NCBI GenBank assembly: GCA_951406725.2
Contig: OX597815.1
Coordinates: forward strand, 77,686,001-77,750,000
DNA length: 64,000 nucleotides
Origin: Octopus vulgaris
Lineage: Eukaryota
Direction of reading: 5' to 3'
Position numbers and translations under genes: made by a program. The notes beneath the pieces were generated by a model. The model was not told the origin of the DNA, did not search any database, and saw only the letters and a program-made list of their open reading frames with translations. Below, one piece after another: positions 13,426-25,919 of the stretch; the first letter of the stretch is position 1; each line of letters starts with the position of its first letter.

Positions 13426-13648
13426 CCCTTTGGCATTTAATCCAATCATATCTGGCCAAAATATTCTACTGGTTTTCTGTTCAAGCTGGCTAGATCTGGT
13501 CTCTTACACCAAACCTACAATATCATTCTAAAAATTTACTGTTACTTCATCAAAATCTCGAAGTTATAAAATAACTTCAAGATTTTGATGCAAAAGAATA
13601 TGAATAAATAGGCATTATCTCTGACAGAATAATGTGAATGCTAAAGTG
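13426..13648 (+). mobile_element. piggyBac-like MITE
   Basis: TTAA|CCCTTTGGCATT...AATGCTAAAGTG|TTAA. Confidence 0.8.
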
Positions 13649-13659
13649 TTAAATATACT

Positions 13660-14165
13660 GGTGCGAGTATGGCTGTGACTAAGAAGTTTGTTTCCCAACT
13701 ATATGGTCCTGGGTTCAGTCTCATTGCATGGCACCTTGGGCAAGTGTCTTCTACTATAGCCTCGAGTTGACCAAAGCCTTGTGAGTGGACTTGGTAGGCA
13801 GAAACTGAAAGAAGCATGTCTTTGGAGCCTGGTGCAGTATCCTGGCTTGCCAGTTCTCAGTCAAACCATCCAACCCATGGCAGCAAGGAAAGCAGACATT
13901 AAATGAGGATGATGATGATATATATATATATATATATAAATGTGTGTGCGTCTTTGTGTCTGTATGTATGTTTCCCAACACTGCTTATCAACCAGTGTTG
14001 GTGTGTTTACCTTCTTGTAACTTAGCAGTTTGGCAAAACAGAATGAGAGAATAAGTATCAGGCTTAAAAAATAAGTACTACAGTTGATTTGTTCAACTAA
14101 AATTTTTTAAGATGGTGCCCCAGCATGGCTGCAGTCTAATAACTGAAACAAGTAAAAGATATAAG
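13660..14165 (+). mobile_element. SINE family A containing a family B tail piece
   Basis: Head and body 13660-13815, family B 3' piece 13815-13920, family A tail 13950-14165. Confidence 0.8.
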
Positions 14166-14197
14166 ATAAACAGGAAACATATTGGTTGTGAGTTCAA

Positions 14198-14369
14198 CCC
14201 TTTAACATTCACATCGTTTTAAATTAATCATGTGTTATCTTGTAGCTTTGAAATTTCAATGATGTAACTGTTTATTTCTAGAATGACATTGTAGGGCAGA
14301 TGTGAGAGACTGGAGCTGGCCACATAGAACATGAAACAGATAGATATGGGTGGTTTAAGTGCTAAAGGG
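14198..14369 (-). mobile_element. piggyBac-like MITE, inverted copy of 13426-13648
   Basis: TCAA|CCCTTTAACATTC...GTGCTAAAGGG|TTAA; interior is reverse-complementary to the first copy. Confidence 0.8.
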
Positions 14370-15401
14370 TTAAGGTGATGGTCTACTGAACACTCTGAGG
14401 GCTTCATGCTTCTCACTCTAAACTCAGTAAAGGTCAGAATACTTTCAATTAATTTTACAATTTATATTCACTTCTCATTAATCTTATTGCTATTTCTCAC
14501 CATGTAATGCCAGCATGTTCTAATAGGAAGGCTGCTTCTGCTATGTAGCTACTCCCCTTTGGAAATTCACTGGACCAGAACAAGTGTTCTATTTGATTTC
14601 AGCCTACTGAACAGAAAACAAACTTAATGTGAAGCTAATGTAAAGAGATGTATTCATTTATCCATAGTGTTGAATGTTGGAATTTACTAATCCATCAAAC
14701 CCATGCTAATTGGGGTGTAAAATTGATGTGAAAAAGAAAAAGAAAGAAGTCATTTTGATTATTCTAATTACATAAGTTTTTATGTAGACATAAAAATTAT
14801 TTTGATACCTTCATATGATGCATCTTTACCACAGAATTTACACAATTAAATAAACAGAAACCATCTCTTAATACTGTGATGGAAACCATCAGTTAATGAA
14901 AGGAAATACTGTTAAAAAGTAGCTACCACACCACCACTGCCATCTACCACTAAAATAAAAGAGAAAAGAAAAAAGAAATAAAAATACTACAAGTTTTATA
15001 AGATCGTTAATGACTCTATATATGTGTGTATGCTTGTATGTTGCTGATGCACACCACTATGTGTATGCATTTTACCACATGTATGTGCATAACTGTGATG
15101 ACAAAAGAACTTTGTCAATTGTAGCTTATGGATTGATAGAATGAATTAACCAATCTATTAGTTAATTAGTTAGCTTGCTATGTAGCCATGATATGCTTTT
15201 TGGGTTTAGTTCCATTGTGCAGCATCTTGGACAAGTGTCTTCTACTATGGCCATGGGTCAATCAATGCCTTGTGTGTGAATTTGGTAGATAGAAACTGTG
15301 TGGAAGCTCATCATATATATATATCTATATTTATATTTATCTTTCTCTCTCTATATATATATGTGTGTGTGCGTGTCTGTACACACACACACACACATAC
15401 A

Positions 15402-16252
15402 CAGGTTGCAGGAATAAACTGTCGTCTAAATTACATGAACAAAAATAACACTGACTTCTCAATTTAACAGATATATTTACCAAAATTACATAAAAATATC
15501 TTGAAATAAAGAGTAAATTTATCCAATAAAATTGGTTTCAGCCATGGCCTCCAAACGACTTTGGAATCTCCTGCAACTCTTCTGGATGGTCTCCTTGTTC
15601 AAGTTAGTGAATGCTGCCATAATCCTTGCCTTCAGTTCATCTCTGGTTACAAGGAGTTTTGTTGGTCTCTCACTGAACTGCACCCTACACATAATAACTA
15701 AGGGGGTTGCAGTCTGGGAAGTTAGGTGGCCAGATGTTAGGGGTGATGTGGTAGCAGAAATTTTCTGACAGCCACGACTGGGTTCTTCTGCTTGTGTGGC
15801 ATGGTGCAGAGTCCTGTTGCCAGAAACGGGGTCTTCCAGCAGCCACCCTCTTGACCCAGGGCAGCACTACCTCCTCTAGGCATTTGCTGTAGACCTCTGT
15901 GTTGAGTCCAAGGCCATGTGGGAAGATGAATGGAGGCATAACATCTCTATCACTAGTGATCACTCCAAACACCATGATGTTGACTGGATGCTTGATTTGT
16001 ATCACTCTTGGTACACATCCTCAGATTGACACCCAAACACTCTGAAATGTTTGTAGTGGTGCTTCTGGTGTGAATGCCAAGCAGTACAGCATGTCATTTC
16101 CAAATTTCTGGCAGAGTGAATTGCATCATGTTTTTCTCACTGATGGTGCTCAACTGTCCCACCTACACTGTATAGTTAATAAAATCAAAAACAAACAATG
16201 CGCATGTGTGAAATTAAAAATATAAAATGGTGACAATTTACCCATTGCATCT

Positions 16253-16254
<2 letters not shown>
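15402..16254 (-). mobile_element. maT/DD37D-type Tc1-mariner element, internally deleted
   Basis: ORF 15685-16005 IMVFGVITSD..VMPPFIF...WQQDSAPCHTS...WPPNFPDCNPL.YYV; ~26-bp imperfect TIRs CAGGTTGCAGGAATAAACTGTC / GACAATTTACCCATTGCATCTTG. Confidence 0.92.
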
Positions 16255-16287
<33 letters not shown>

Positions 16288-16689
16288 TTAATCATCATCA
16301 TCGTTTAACATCTGCCTTCAATGCTAGCATGGGTGGGACTATATGTGTGTGTGTGTGTGTATCTATGTGTATGTCTTTCTGTCTGTGTTTGTCCCAACCA
16401 CACTGCTTGACAACCTGTGTTGGGTTTTTTTTATGTCCCTGCAACCTAGTAGTTTGGCAAAGTGACTAATAGAATAAGTATAATATTTAAAAAGAAAAAT
16501 AAGTACTGGGGTTGATTTATTTGACCAAAAACCCTTTAAAATGTGGCCCCAGTATGGCTGCAGCCCAGTGACTGAAACAAGTGACAGAAGTGAAATAGAA
16601 CTAGTGTGTATGTTCGTTGGCATAATGACCTTCTCAAGATACAATATGTTTCAAAAGACAAATTTACGTCAAGAATCTTGAAAATCAAA

Positions 16690-17055
16690 TATCATCATCA
16701 TCATTTAATGTCCACTTTCCATTCTGGCATGTGTTAGATGGTTTGACTGGAACTGGTAAGTCTGATGTGGCATGGTTTCTCTGGCTGGATGCCCTTCCTA
16801 ATGCCAACTACTCCAAAAGTGTAATGGATGCCATTACAGGTGCCACTTACATGACACCAGCAACAGCCACAACTACAATTTCATGGGTTCCATCTACACG
16901 ACATCGGCAGGGTGCCATTTATGTGACAGCAGCAATGGCTACAACTACGACTACTATTTCATTTGGTTTGACAAGTCTTCTCAGCACAACATTGCCAAAG
17001 GTCTCGGTCACTTGTAATCACTTCTCTGAGGCCCAACATTCGAAAGATCATGCTC
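16690..17055 (-). mobile_element. SINE family B plus short RTE 3' piece
   Basis: GCTGGATGCCCTTCCTAATGCCAAC motif; RTE-like ACAAGTCTTCTCAGCACAACATTGCCA. Confidence 0.75.
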
Positions 17056-17521
17056 CTGGCAACAGCTACAAAAATGAAAAGTTTTTATTGAATTACAGTT
17101 TTAAAAATAACTGCAATAACACTCAGGTTTCTTTCTGCTTTGCTCATGGTTCTTTTAGAAATTACAGTACATTTAATGTTTTTCCAATTAGTTGTGCTGA
17201 AACCCTCTGTGTTCACACTTCCACATGGTTGTTTTTTTTCGTTCTCTAAGCCATTAAGTTCAAGTAATTAAAAAAAACTCTGTTCCATTGTTGAATTTAG
17301 GTAAGAATTTAACCTAGAATTCTTCAGTAGCAACTTTAATCTTCACACAACAAACTAGTGTTTATTTTAAGTCAAATGCAAGGGCACTTTAACACACACA
17401 CGCACACACACACATACATACATACACGCACACACACGGACACACGCATACACACACATGCATCTGAGTATCTCTCTGTATGTATTAGTGTGGTGTGTGT
17501 GTGTGTGTGTGTGTGTGTTTA

Positions 17522-17988
17522 GGCCCAGATTTGGCTGTGTGGTTAGAAGCTTGCTTCCCAACACATGTTTCCGGGTTCAGTTCCATTGTGTGACACATTG
17601 GGCAAGTGTCTTCTACTATAGCCTTGGGCCAACCAAAGTCTTGTTAGTGGATTTGGTAGGTGGAAACTTAAAGAAGCTCGTGGTATATATATATATTTGT
17701 GTGTGTGTGTGTGTATATATATATATGTGTGTGTGTATATATATATGTATATATGCATGTATATATTTATGTGTGTATCTTTGTGTCCGTGTTTGTCTTC
17801 AATGCCATCACTTGACATCCATTGTTGGTGTGTTTACGTCTCTGAAACTTAGTGGCAAAAGAGACCAATAGAATAAGTACAAAGCTTACAAAGAATAAGT
17901 TTGTGGTCAATTTCTGGAATTAATAGCCTTTAAGGTGGTACCCCAGCGTGGCTGCAGTCAAATGACTGAAACAAGTAAAAGAATAAAA
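17522..17988 (+). mobile_element. SINE family A, full length
   Basis: TGGCTGTGTGGTTAG A-box, GGTTCAGTTCC B-box-like motif, TTGGGCAAGTGTCTTC, tail GACTGAAACAAGTAAAAGA. Confidence 0.9.
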
Positions 17989-18057
17989 GAATATACACAT
18001 ATACACAGACAAATACATATATTATTATTTTGACATCCAATATTCTGTGCTTGCATG

Positions 18058-18658
18058 CAGGGCTGTCGCTAAGCCCCTGCAACCCCTGTGATTGCAGGGG
18101 GCCTCTGTGGTTGAGGGGCCCCATGTTAAGACCAAAGTACATAGATGAGCCATCTATTTACTTTGGTTAAGATGTTAAACAAGAATTAAACTATGTTAAC
18201 TGAAAATTTTAGGAAATAAGATGGTAATACATTGTACCTGCAAACATTCTTATAAAAATATTACTTTGTACCATGAATGTGTACCAGACTTTGTGGATTG
18301 TCTATGATATCTATTTAACATGAACTTAGCTCTCAGTTTGATTATTCTGAACTGATCTATGATTTTGTGAAGCAAAAATGTACTGTGTTTTTCTTTGAAA
18401 ATTACCTGTATTATAAAAGTGCTCCTTTATTCATATCTGGAAGTTTTACTTATTGAAATTTATAATAAACCTAAATAAATTTAACTTGTTGTATTTTAAA
18501 GATGTTCTTTAGGATAATATGAAATATTGAACTTCAAACAGAATAAAGTAAAATATAGCTATGAATAAAAGGTGTGTAGGTTATGAATTTCGATTGGAGG
18601 GATGGGGCCTTGAAACAAAAAGTTGCAGGGGGCTTCTGAAAGTTATGCTATGGAGCTG
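18058..18658 (+). mobile_element. Non-autonomous hAT element with 8-bp TSD
   Basis: CTTGCATG duplicated at 18050-18057 and 18659-18666; termini CAGGGCTGTCGC / GCTATGGAGCTG; GGGGCC subterminal motifs; splits a family B SINE. Confidence 0.9.
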
Positions 18659-19074
18659 CTTGCATGGGTCAGATGGAATTTGTTGCAGCGCATTTTCTAT
18701 GGCCAAATGCCCTTCCTGTTACCAACCTTCATCTGTTACCAAGCAAAGTAATACTTCTCAATGGCCAGACACACTATCACTGAATATTGGAAATGAAGGA
18801 CACCACTTGTTATATAGTGGAACTTATTTACAACTATTGTATGACATCTAAACAAGGAGACTCTTGCACATAAACACATGCACGCATGCGTGCGTGTGCA
18901 AACATGATATGCTCCTTTCAGTTTCTGCCTAACAAACTCACAAGGCTTTGGTCAGCTTGGGGCTATATTAGAAGACACTTGCCTAAGGTGCAGGGCTGGT
19001 AATCAAACTTCTAAATCACACAACCATGCCTGCCCCACCCACGTGTATATATATGATGAACTCTCCCATTGAAT

Positions 19075-19327
19075 ACGACATATGAGTATCCAGCTGTCAC
19101 TGAATGACTTGCACAAATGATTTGTTTATAGTGATCAAATGTTCATGCCACTCATTAGCTCTCTCGCCATCAAATTGATGTTGTCTGAACAGGTGTCAAA
19201 GTGATTGCATAACATAGCAATGTGAGATGAAGTGTTTTGTTCAAGAATACAATGCACCTCCCAGTCTAGGAATTTGAAATCATAATCGCTAGATCGTGAG
19301 TGCAAACCTTAACCACTAGGCCATGCA

Positions 19328-19330
<3 letters not shown>
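19075..19330 (-). mobile_element. Old tRNA-headed SINE related to family D
   Basis: CCTTAACCACTAGGCCATGC (reverse A-box) and GAAGTGTTTTGTTCAAGAATACAA body. Confidence 0.65.
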
Positions 19331-19392
<62 letters not shown>

Positions 19393-20574
19393 TAGAAAAC
19401 ATAAATCCGGAGAAAAAGCACACACACGCATATAATATACGTGTATATTTATATATATATATGTATACATGCGCATGCACACACACACAAGTGTATATAT
19501 ATATATGCACACACAAACACAAGATTGCATTGTATATACATGTGCAGACATACACATACATGCACTACACAGATATACATTATGTATTTATACTGACACA
19601 TTTACATAGACATTTGTGTGTATATGTATTTGTAAGAACAACTATGTATACTTACATGTGTGCTTGTCTGTGTTTTATATGTATGAGTTAGAATTTCACT
19701 TAATATCTGCTTGCCAAACATACAAAGCAACTTCCACAACAACAATGATAATAAACAAAGAGAAAAAAATTGGGTATTGATAATCTCTACTAGAATTCCC
19801 CAGCTTTACCAAAAGAATAATTTTTTCTGTTGACTGTTTAACACAATACATCAAGCAAGATGGTACCTTCTCACATTTTTGAAAATATTTTTGTTTTGTG
19901 CCAATATAGTCTTTTGTTCAGCCAAATCAGATAATCTTTTCAACAACAGCAGTTTTCAGTGTCAATATTTAGACAATATTTCCTCTATTTGTAGTTTAGT
20001 TATTCATCAAAAGTGGCCCCTTGCCATTTATTTACCAAGGGGTTCTTTACCCCATCTCTACTTTTAGTGCAATTTCTTTTTTTCTTTTGCTTTCTTAAAC
20101 AAATGAAATTGTCCAAATATTTTGGTAGAATATCTTCAGAACTTGGCACTTGCATACTCCCTTACCTCATTCTTCTGGTTATTTGTTGTAAAATGCTATT
20201 TTACAAAACATCTATTGTGAATAAATGACCCCAGAATTTATCTTTTATTTTTTACTTTTTTCAGTCATTTAACTACAGCCATTCTAGGGCACATATTTCA
20301 AGGGTTTAGTTGAACAAACTGTTGTAGAAAACACTTGCTCAAGTTGCTGTGCAATGGGACTGAACCCAAAACCACATGGTTGCAAAGTGATCCTCTAAAT
20401 CACACAGCCACCCCTGTGCCTATATTTGAAATATTAATTATACAGAATATTGGTTTACTAAATCTGTCTCCATTTTTGTTTTCACTGTTATTGTTTGTCA
20501 TTATCAATAGTTCTTCTTTTCATTTTTAAGTCAGTAAGGAGTGATTTGAGAAAGACTTAACTGCTACTTTTAGC

Positions 20575-21968
20575 TGGTCTATCAAACAGCCACAGGATTG
20601 CTGCTAATCCCAAGATTCCAAGTTCGATTCCAAGTAGTAATCTGAATAATAATAATTATAATAATAACACCGAAAAGTACCTTAGGAATGAGAACCCAGG
20701 TTTGAAATTTCCCCAAGACACCTGATGAAGGCTGGAGGGTCACCATTTTATATTGGAATTGAAGGTTTAGATACCTGTGGAGTATCTCCTTCTCCCATTA
20801 TAATTGTTATGTAGTTTCAAGGAGCTGGAACAGGTCGCCGATTTGTGATGTCTGTGTGAAGCGAGGTGATGAGAATGGCTCCTTAGTACATCACACAGTT
20901 AATACAATAAATATAAATAGAACAATGCATATATATACCAGAGGGAAATAAGAGACACAACCGGGTGGAATGTTTAAGAGAAGATTTATTGATATGTTAA
21001 CATGTGTGATCGTGTGTGCATCATATATACAGAATAATAGACAGGCTGTCATAAGAATAAGATGTAGTTGTGTGTATGTAAGCATAGACATATGCATGTT
21101 AAGAACATATTAGGATGGCGATGAGGAAGAGATGGTGAAAGAGTCTATAGTCATTGAAGTGAGGAGTAAGTTCATAGACACAAGAATGATAAACATCAGT
21201 TTGTAGTCAATTGTACATGATTGTTGAAATACTGTATCAAGAAGTTGTGGCAATGATGCAGAGCCGGTTGTGGTACATGTCATATGTGAAGTTGTGGCTG
21301 TGATGCTGCTGTCTGGGTCACTTGGTACAGGAGTTCTTGTAGGTTGTATATTTGATGTTGATCCATGGTGAAGTAGTTCACAAACAGTGCAGTATTGTAA
21401 GCTTGGCAAGTACATAGAGAGATGTTGACATTAAGGACAAATGGTGGTGATGGAAATGGAGGTCACTGAATGCTGTTGGACGATGTTGATGAGTCTCCAT
21501 GTAGCTGCTGTTGTGTTGTCGCTGGAACTGGCGGTGTCTTGTGTGGTCAGTGGCTAGACCTTAAAAGGTCTGAAACCAAAGACATTGAGACAAGGAAAAG
21601 TTAAGTTTTTTAATAAGGAGTTGTAGGCTCAGCTGAGGTAGAAAACAGGCTGCCACACATGACCTTATTTGAAGGCTGTGATTGGTTGGGTTGCATATTG
21701 GTGCACGATAGAGCAAGAGACAAATTGTACCAATACCAACCAGGCAGAGTAGTGGACACAACAGGGTCCAAAATGCAGCCAAAGGCTAGCTGTTATCTGC
21801 TACGGTCGTATGTATGAATATATAATAAAGGAGAGGAATTTCACTCAAGTGTACGCTACAAGGGTATATCACCTGAAACATTGTGTTAACAACAAACTAG
21901 ATGAGGACAAATATCCGTCAAATGTAAATAATGTACATAATTCCTCATCTCTTAAATATAGAACTGTG
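20575..21968 (+). mobile_element. tRNA-headed SINE with hammerhead tail, split by an insert at 20741-21860
   Basis: B-box GTTCGATTCC at 20622; CTGATGAAGGCTGGAGGGT ends at 20740 and resumes AGGGTATATCACCTGAAACATTGTGT at 21861. Confidence 0.75.
20741..21860. mobile_element. 1.12-kb insert with LTR-like features
   Basis: Flanked by AGGGT direct repeat; TGTAG...CTACA segment 21622-21860 with AATAAA, preceded by purine-rich AATAAGGAG. Confidence 0.6.
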
Positions 21969-22494
21969 TAATTTACTGTAGTAATGTCTTGGCAGTACTA
22001 TCATCATCAGCAACAGCAGTAGTTCTTACATTTTTGTTCCATGGTTGCATGGGTTTGATGGATCACAAATCATCTTGTCTCCTATTGTACTTTTTTTTTA
22101 TCTAGTATACACAGCAACAGAGAAAATTACTGTTTTCTTTAGGTTTTGTTTTTATAGTTTGATGTTCTTCCTATCACCAACTACTTTAATAACAAGGAAT
22201 GGCTACATTTTTATATTACTGCTGGCACAAGTGAAGCTGGTTGCCTGGACTAAAAATGTCCTTTCTACCCTGTATCAATTTTCCATTTAGTATCATTATT
22301 TTTTAAAATTATTTTAATTATTTTTTTATTTTTGAGAGTTAACTGCCTTCTTAGGTTGCCTGCTTTGTGTCATGCAGAATTCACATCAATTTGTTCCTTC
22401 CTTTAACTATTCACTCATTTGAGAAAACAATTTTGTTTTCATAAATCGACCACACTCAATAACTTTATGTGACACAGATAGAGATCCTACTTCT

Positions 22495-22985
22495 ATCACT
22501 AAGTTATATGACCTAGTTATAAAGTAGATTATGTATTAACTACATACTCTGAAAATATAACTAGATTTTAAATTTACTATATTCACAAAGTTATCTGATG
22601 ATGCTGCTTCTAATATTCTCTGCCTTAGTTATATAACTAAGTTTTATATTCACTATATACCCTAATTATATAACTAGGTCATATCCTTTCTATATAGGCC
22701 TAGTTATATAACTAGGTTATGTATTCATTAAGTACACTAGTTATATAACTAGTTTCCCTATTCACCATATATGCTATTTATATAACTAGGTTATTTATGT
22801 TTATTACATGCACTAATTATATAACTATGTTCTATGTATTCATTCTATGCTTTGCATATGCAACTGTTTTTTCACTATACATCCTACATATGTAACTAAA
22901 TTGTATATTTACTTTACATCTTAGATATATAACTACATTATATATTCACTATATACTCTGTTTATATATCTGGGTAATACACTCA
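22495..22985. repeat. ~38-bp minisatellite with palindromic core
   Basis: CCTAGTTATATAACTAGG (perfect palindrome at 22699-22716) recurs with decay roughly 12 times. Confidence 0.85.
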
Positions 22986-24144
22986 CTCTTGTTTCATGTA
23001 AATTTAGTCAGTCAGATCAGCTTTATTATGAAAGTGAAATTGGTTTTTCAATTCAGTAAATAATTAATCTGTACTGTAATCAAATTTCTTGAAACACACA
23101 AACATATGCACATGTCTACACACTGACAGATAAGGATGGACAGTCATACATGCATGGCAACATGCTTATGGATGCACACAAATATTTGCACATAGATGCT
23201 CACATTGACACAAATTCTTAGTTTTACACAAACACGTTAGCATCCACAGATTTACAAATGCGAATGCACTCATTCACTCAGACAGGTATGTATGTACACC
23301 CACACCGACACACATACTTCAACATATGCTATAGGAACACTCACTCACAACACACATGCCTATACATACACAATGGGCACAATTACTTATAGACACATAA
23401 GATAGCCATGCACACACTGGCATACACACACACACACACATACACATGTGCATGTGGACACAGTCACACATTTACAGGTGTGCTCAAACACATACTCTGA
23501 CACACACTCTCAGATCTCTCTCTCTCTCTCTTATACACACCCACACACAAAACATGCACTCACACATGCACACACATACACAGACACTCACAGATACATA
23601 TACAGACACTCACATACACCCAGTTACTGTAAAATTTGAAGTAGTTAGCATTTTCTTTAACTTAGTTTATTTGAATATTTAACGAGGCCAAATGTTTGAA
23701 ATTTTTATCTCTAGTGGTGCAACATTTCATTTCACAATGTCTTATGTCTTCATACAGACTTAAGTTCTTTTATCAGTTAGTAAAAAAAACAGTATAATCA
23801 GTAGTTCCACCATATTATTTTCTTAAAAATAATAATGAGGCAGCTTTGATGATATCCAATGTTTACAACACCAGAAACACAATAGAGTTATCATCATCAT
23901 CATCACTGTTGCTTTAGTGTACCCTTTTCCACACTTGCATGGATCAGATGGAATTTGCTGAGGCAGATTTTCTTCACCTGGGTGCCCTTCCTGTCACTAA
24001 ACCTCACCTGTTTCTGAGCAAGCTGATATTTCCCTTCGGCTGAACTTGTTTTCTCTGGAGATTGGAAATCAGTGACTCTAATAAAATGTTATATGATGTT
24101 AAGACAAGTAAACACAAATACACCCCCACACACATACATACATA

Positions 24145-24402
24145 TCATCATCATCATCATCATCATCGTTTAGTGTCCACTTTCCATGCTAGCATGGGTT
24201 GGACAGTTCAACTGGGGTCTGGGAAGCCAGAAGGCTACACCAGGCCCAGTCTGATCTGGCAATGTTTCTACAGCTGGATGCCCTTCCTAACGCCAACCAC
24301 TCCGTGAGTGTAGTGGGTGCTTTTTACGTGCCACTGGCACAGGTGCCAGACGAGGCTGGCAAATGGCCACGATCGGATGGTACTTTTTACGTGCCACCGG
24401 CA
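24145..24402 (-). mobile_element. Young SINE family B copy
   Basis: Retains CpGs; near-identical to the inverted copy at 58845-59048; (CAT)n tail. Confidence 0.9.
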
Positions 24403-24411
24403 CACATATAT

Positions 24412-24540
24412 ATAATTGAAAAAAGTTGGAGTCAACAAAAAGGTGTATGATTTTCAGGCACTGTGTTGCATAGAAACAATTGTAGTGATTGAAAATGTCC
24501 AACCATACTCCTTCTTGTTGACTCCAACTTTTTCAGTTAT
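24412..24540. repeat. ~130-bp fold-back
   Basis: ATAATTGAAAAAAGTTGGAGTCAACAAAAAGGTGTATG pairs with CATACTCCTTCTTGTTGACTCCAACTTTTTCAGTTAT. Confidence 0.85.
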
Positions 24541-24674
24541 CTATCCACACACTACAGAAGCCCAAATGCAAATCTGCTAGTACATATAATACTGCCATTG
24601 GATAGCACAGGGTGAAATCTGAAGGTGGATGAGTTTTATATTGTACTCTACTACTTTCTTAACAGAATACAACA

Positions 24675-24734
<60 letters not shown>

Positions 24735-25138
24735 AATATGTGGGTTTAGTTCACAGGTGATCTAAACGATTAGGTACATTAGAAGGGTCAATGAGACTGA
24801 CAAAGCAAGGGCTGAGCATCTGGTGGAACAGGGAAAGAGACAGAAGCAGGAGAGACCAGGGATCAGATACTCAGAGAGCTGAGTGTCTGACAAACAGAGG
24901 GAAAGAGACAAAAGCAGATGTCACAAATCAGATGCTCATGCAAATACAAATAGAATAAAACAAGTTTTGTATAAATTGGACCATGGTTTATCGAGGTATG
25001 TAGTTTTTTTGAGTAATTTTATAAATAGCCAAACCGGCATATAATGGGGAAAATGCTTTGAAAGTAAGGTACCATTGAAATGTGAATACACACTGAATAA
25101 CAAGTTTGGTGACCTAACATGTTACAGGTATCTCGTAT

Positions 25139-25180
<42 letters not shown>

Positions 25181-25351
25181 ATAGATGGATAGATATATGT
25201 ACATACATACAAATATATATATAACATGTATGTATATATATATATATATATATATCATCATCATCATCATTTAGCGTCCGTTCTCCATGCTAGCATGGGT
25301 TGGACGGTTCAACTGGGGTCTGTGAAGCTGGAAGGCTTCATCAGGCCCAGT

Positions 25352-25385
<34 letters not shown>

Positions 25386-25919
25386 TATGTTGTGAATCTA
25401 TGAAAAGAAATCCCATAAAACTGAACAATTCTGATAAAAATGGAGAAGAGAAGATGTTCAATTCATGCAGACGATCGTTTTGTACAGTGATATAAAAATC
25501 ATGCAAATTCATGGTTGAATAGAATTAATTAGATTAAATTAATTATATATCACTGTATTTTTCAGTGCAAGAAGGACTTGAGAATCCTGCTGAGGTCAAC
25601 TCTTCCTTTTGGTCTTTTGGGATCAATAAAGTACCAGTCTAAGATAAGAAAAATTGTTTGAGTGTTGGACAAAATGGTTGTGTGATTAAGGAGTTCATTT
25701 CATAATAATGTTGTTTCAGATTAGTCCCACTGCACAGCATCTTGGGCAAGTGTCTTCTGCTATAGACCTGTGCTGGTTAATGCCTCGTGAGTAAATTTGG
25801 TTACTGGAAACTGTGCGTGTGTGTATGAATATGCAAGAATGTTGATTGTTTTACTTGTTACTGTTAGGGTGACACAGTGGTACTACTTACATTTCTTGTT
25901 GGCATTATAACCAAAAAAA

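Noticed and set aside
21110-21415. 101-aa Ser/Thr-rich ORF as a host gene
   Set aside because: Lies inside the TSD-flanked insert and has no recognisable domain.
22495-22985. CRISPR-like repeat-spacer array
   Set aside because: Linkers are mutually related, repeats are decayed, no cas genes, eukaryotic context.
24199-24450. Duplicated small gene (same peptide at 58809-59009)
   Set aside because: Both are readings of young family B SINE copies.
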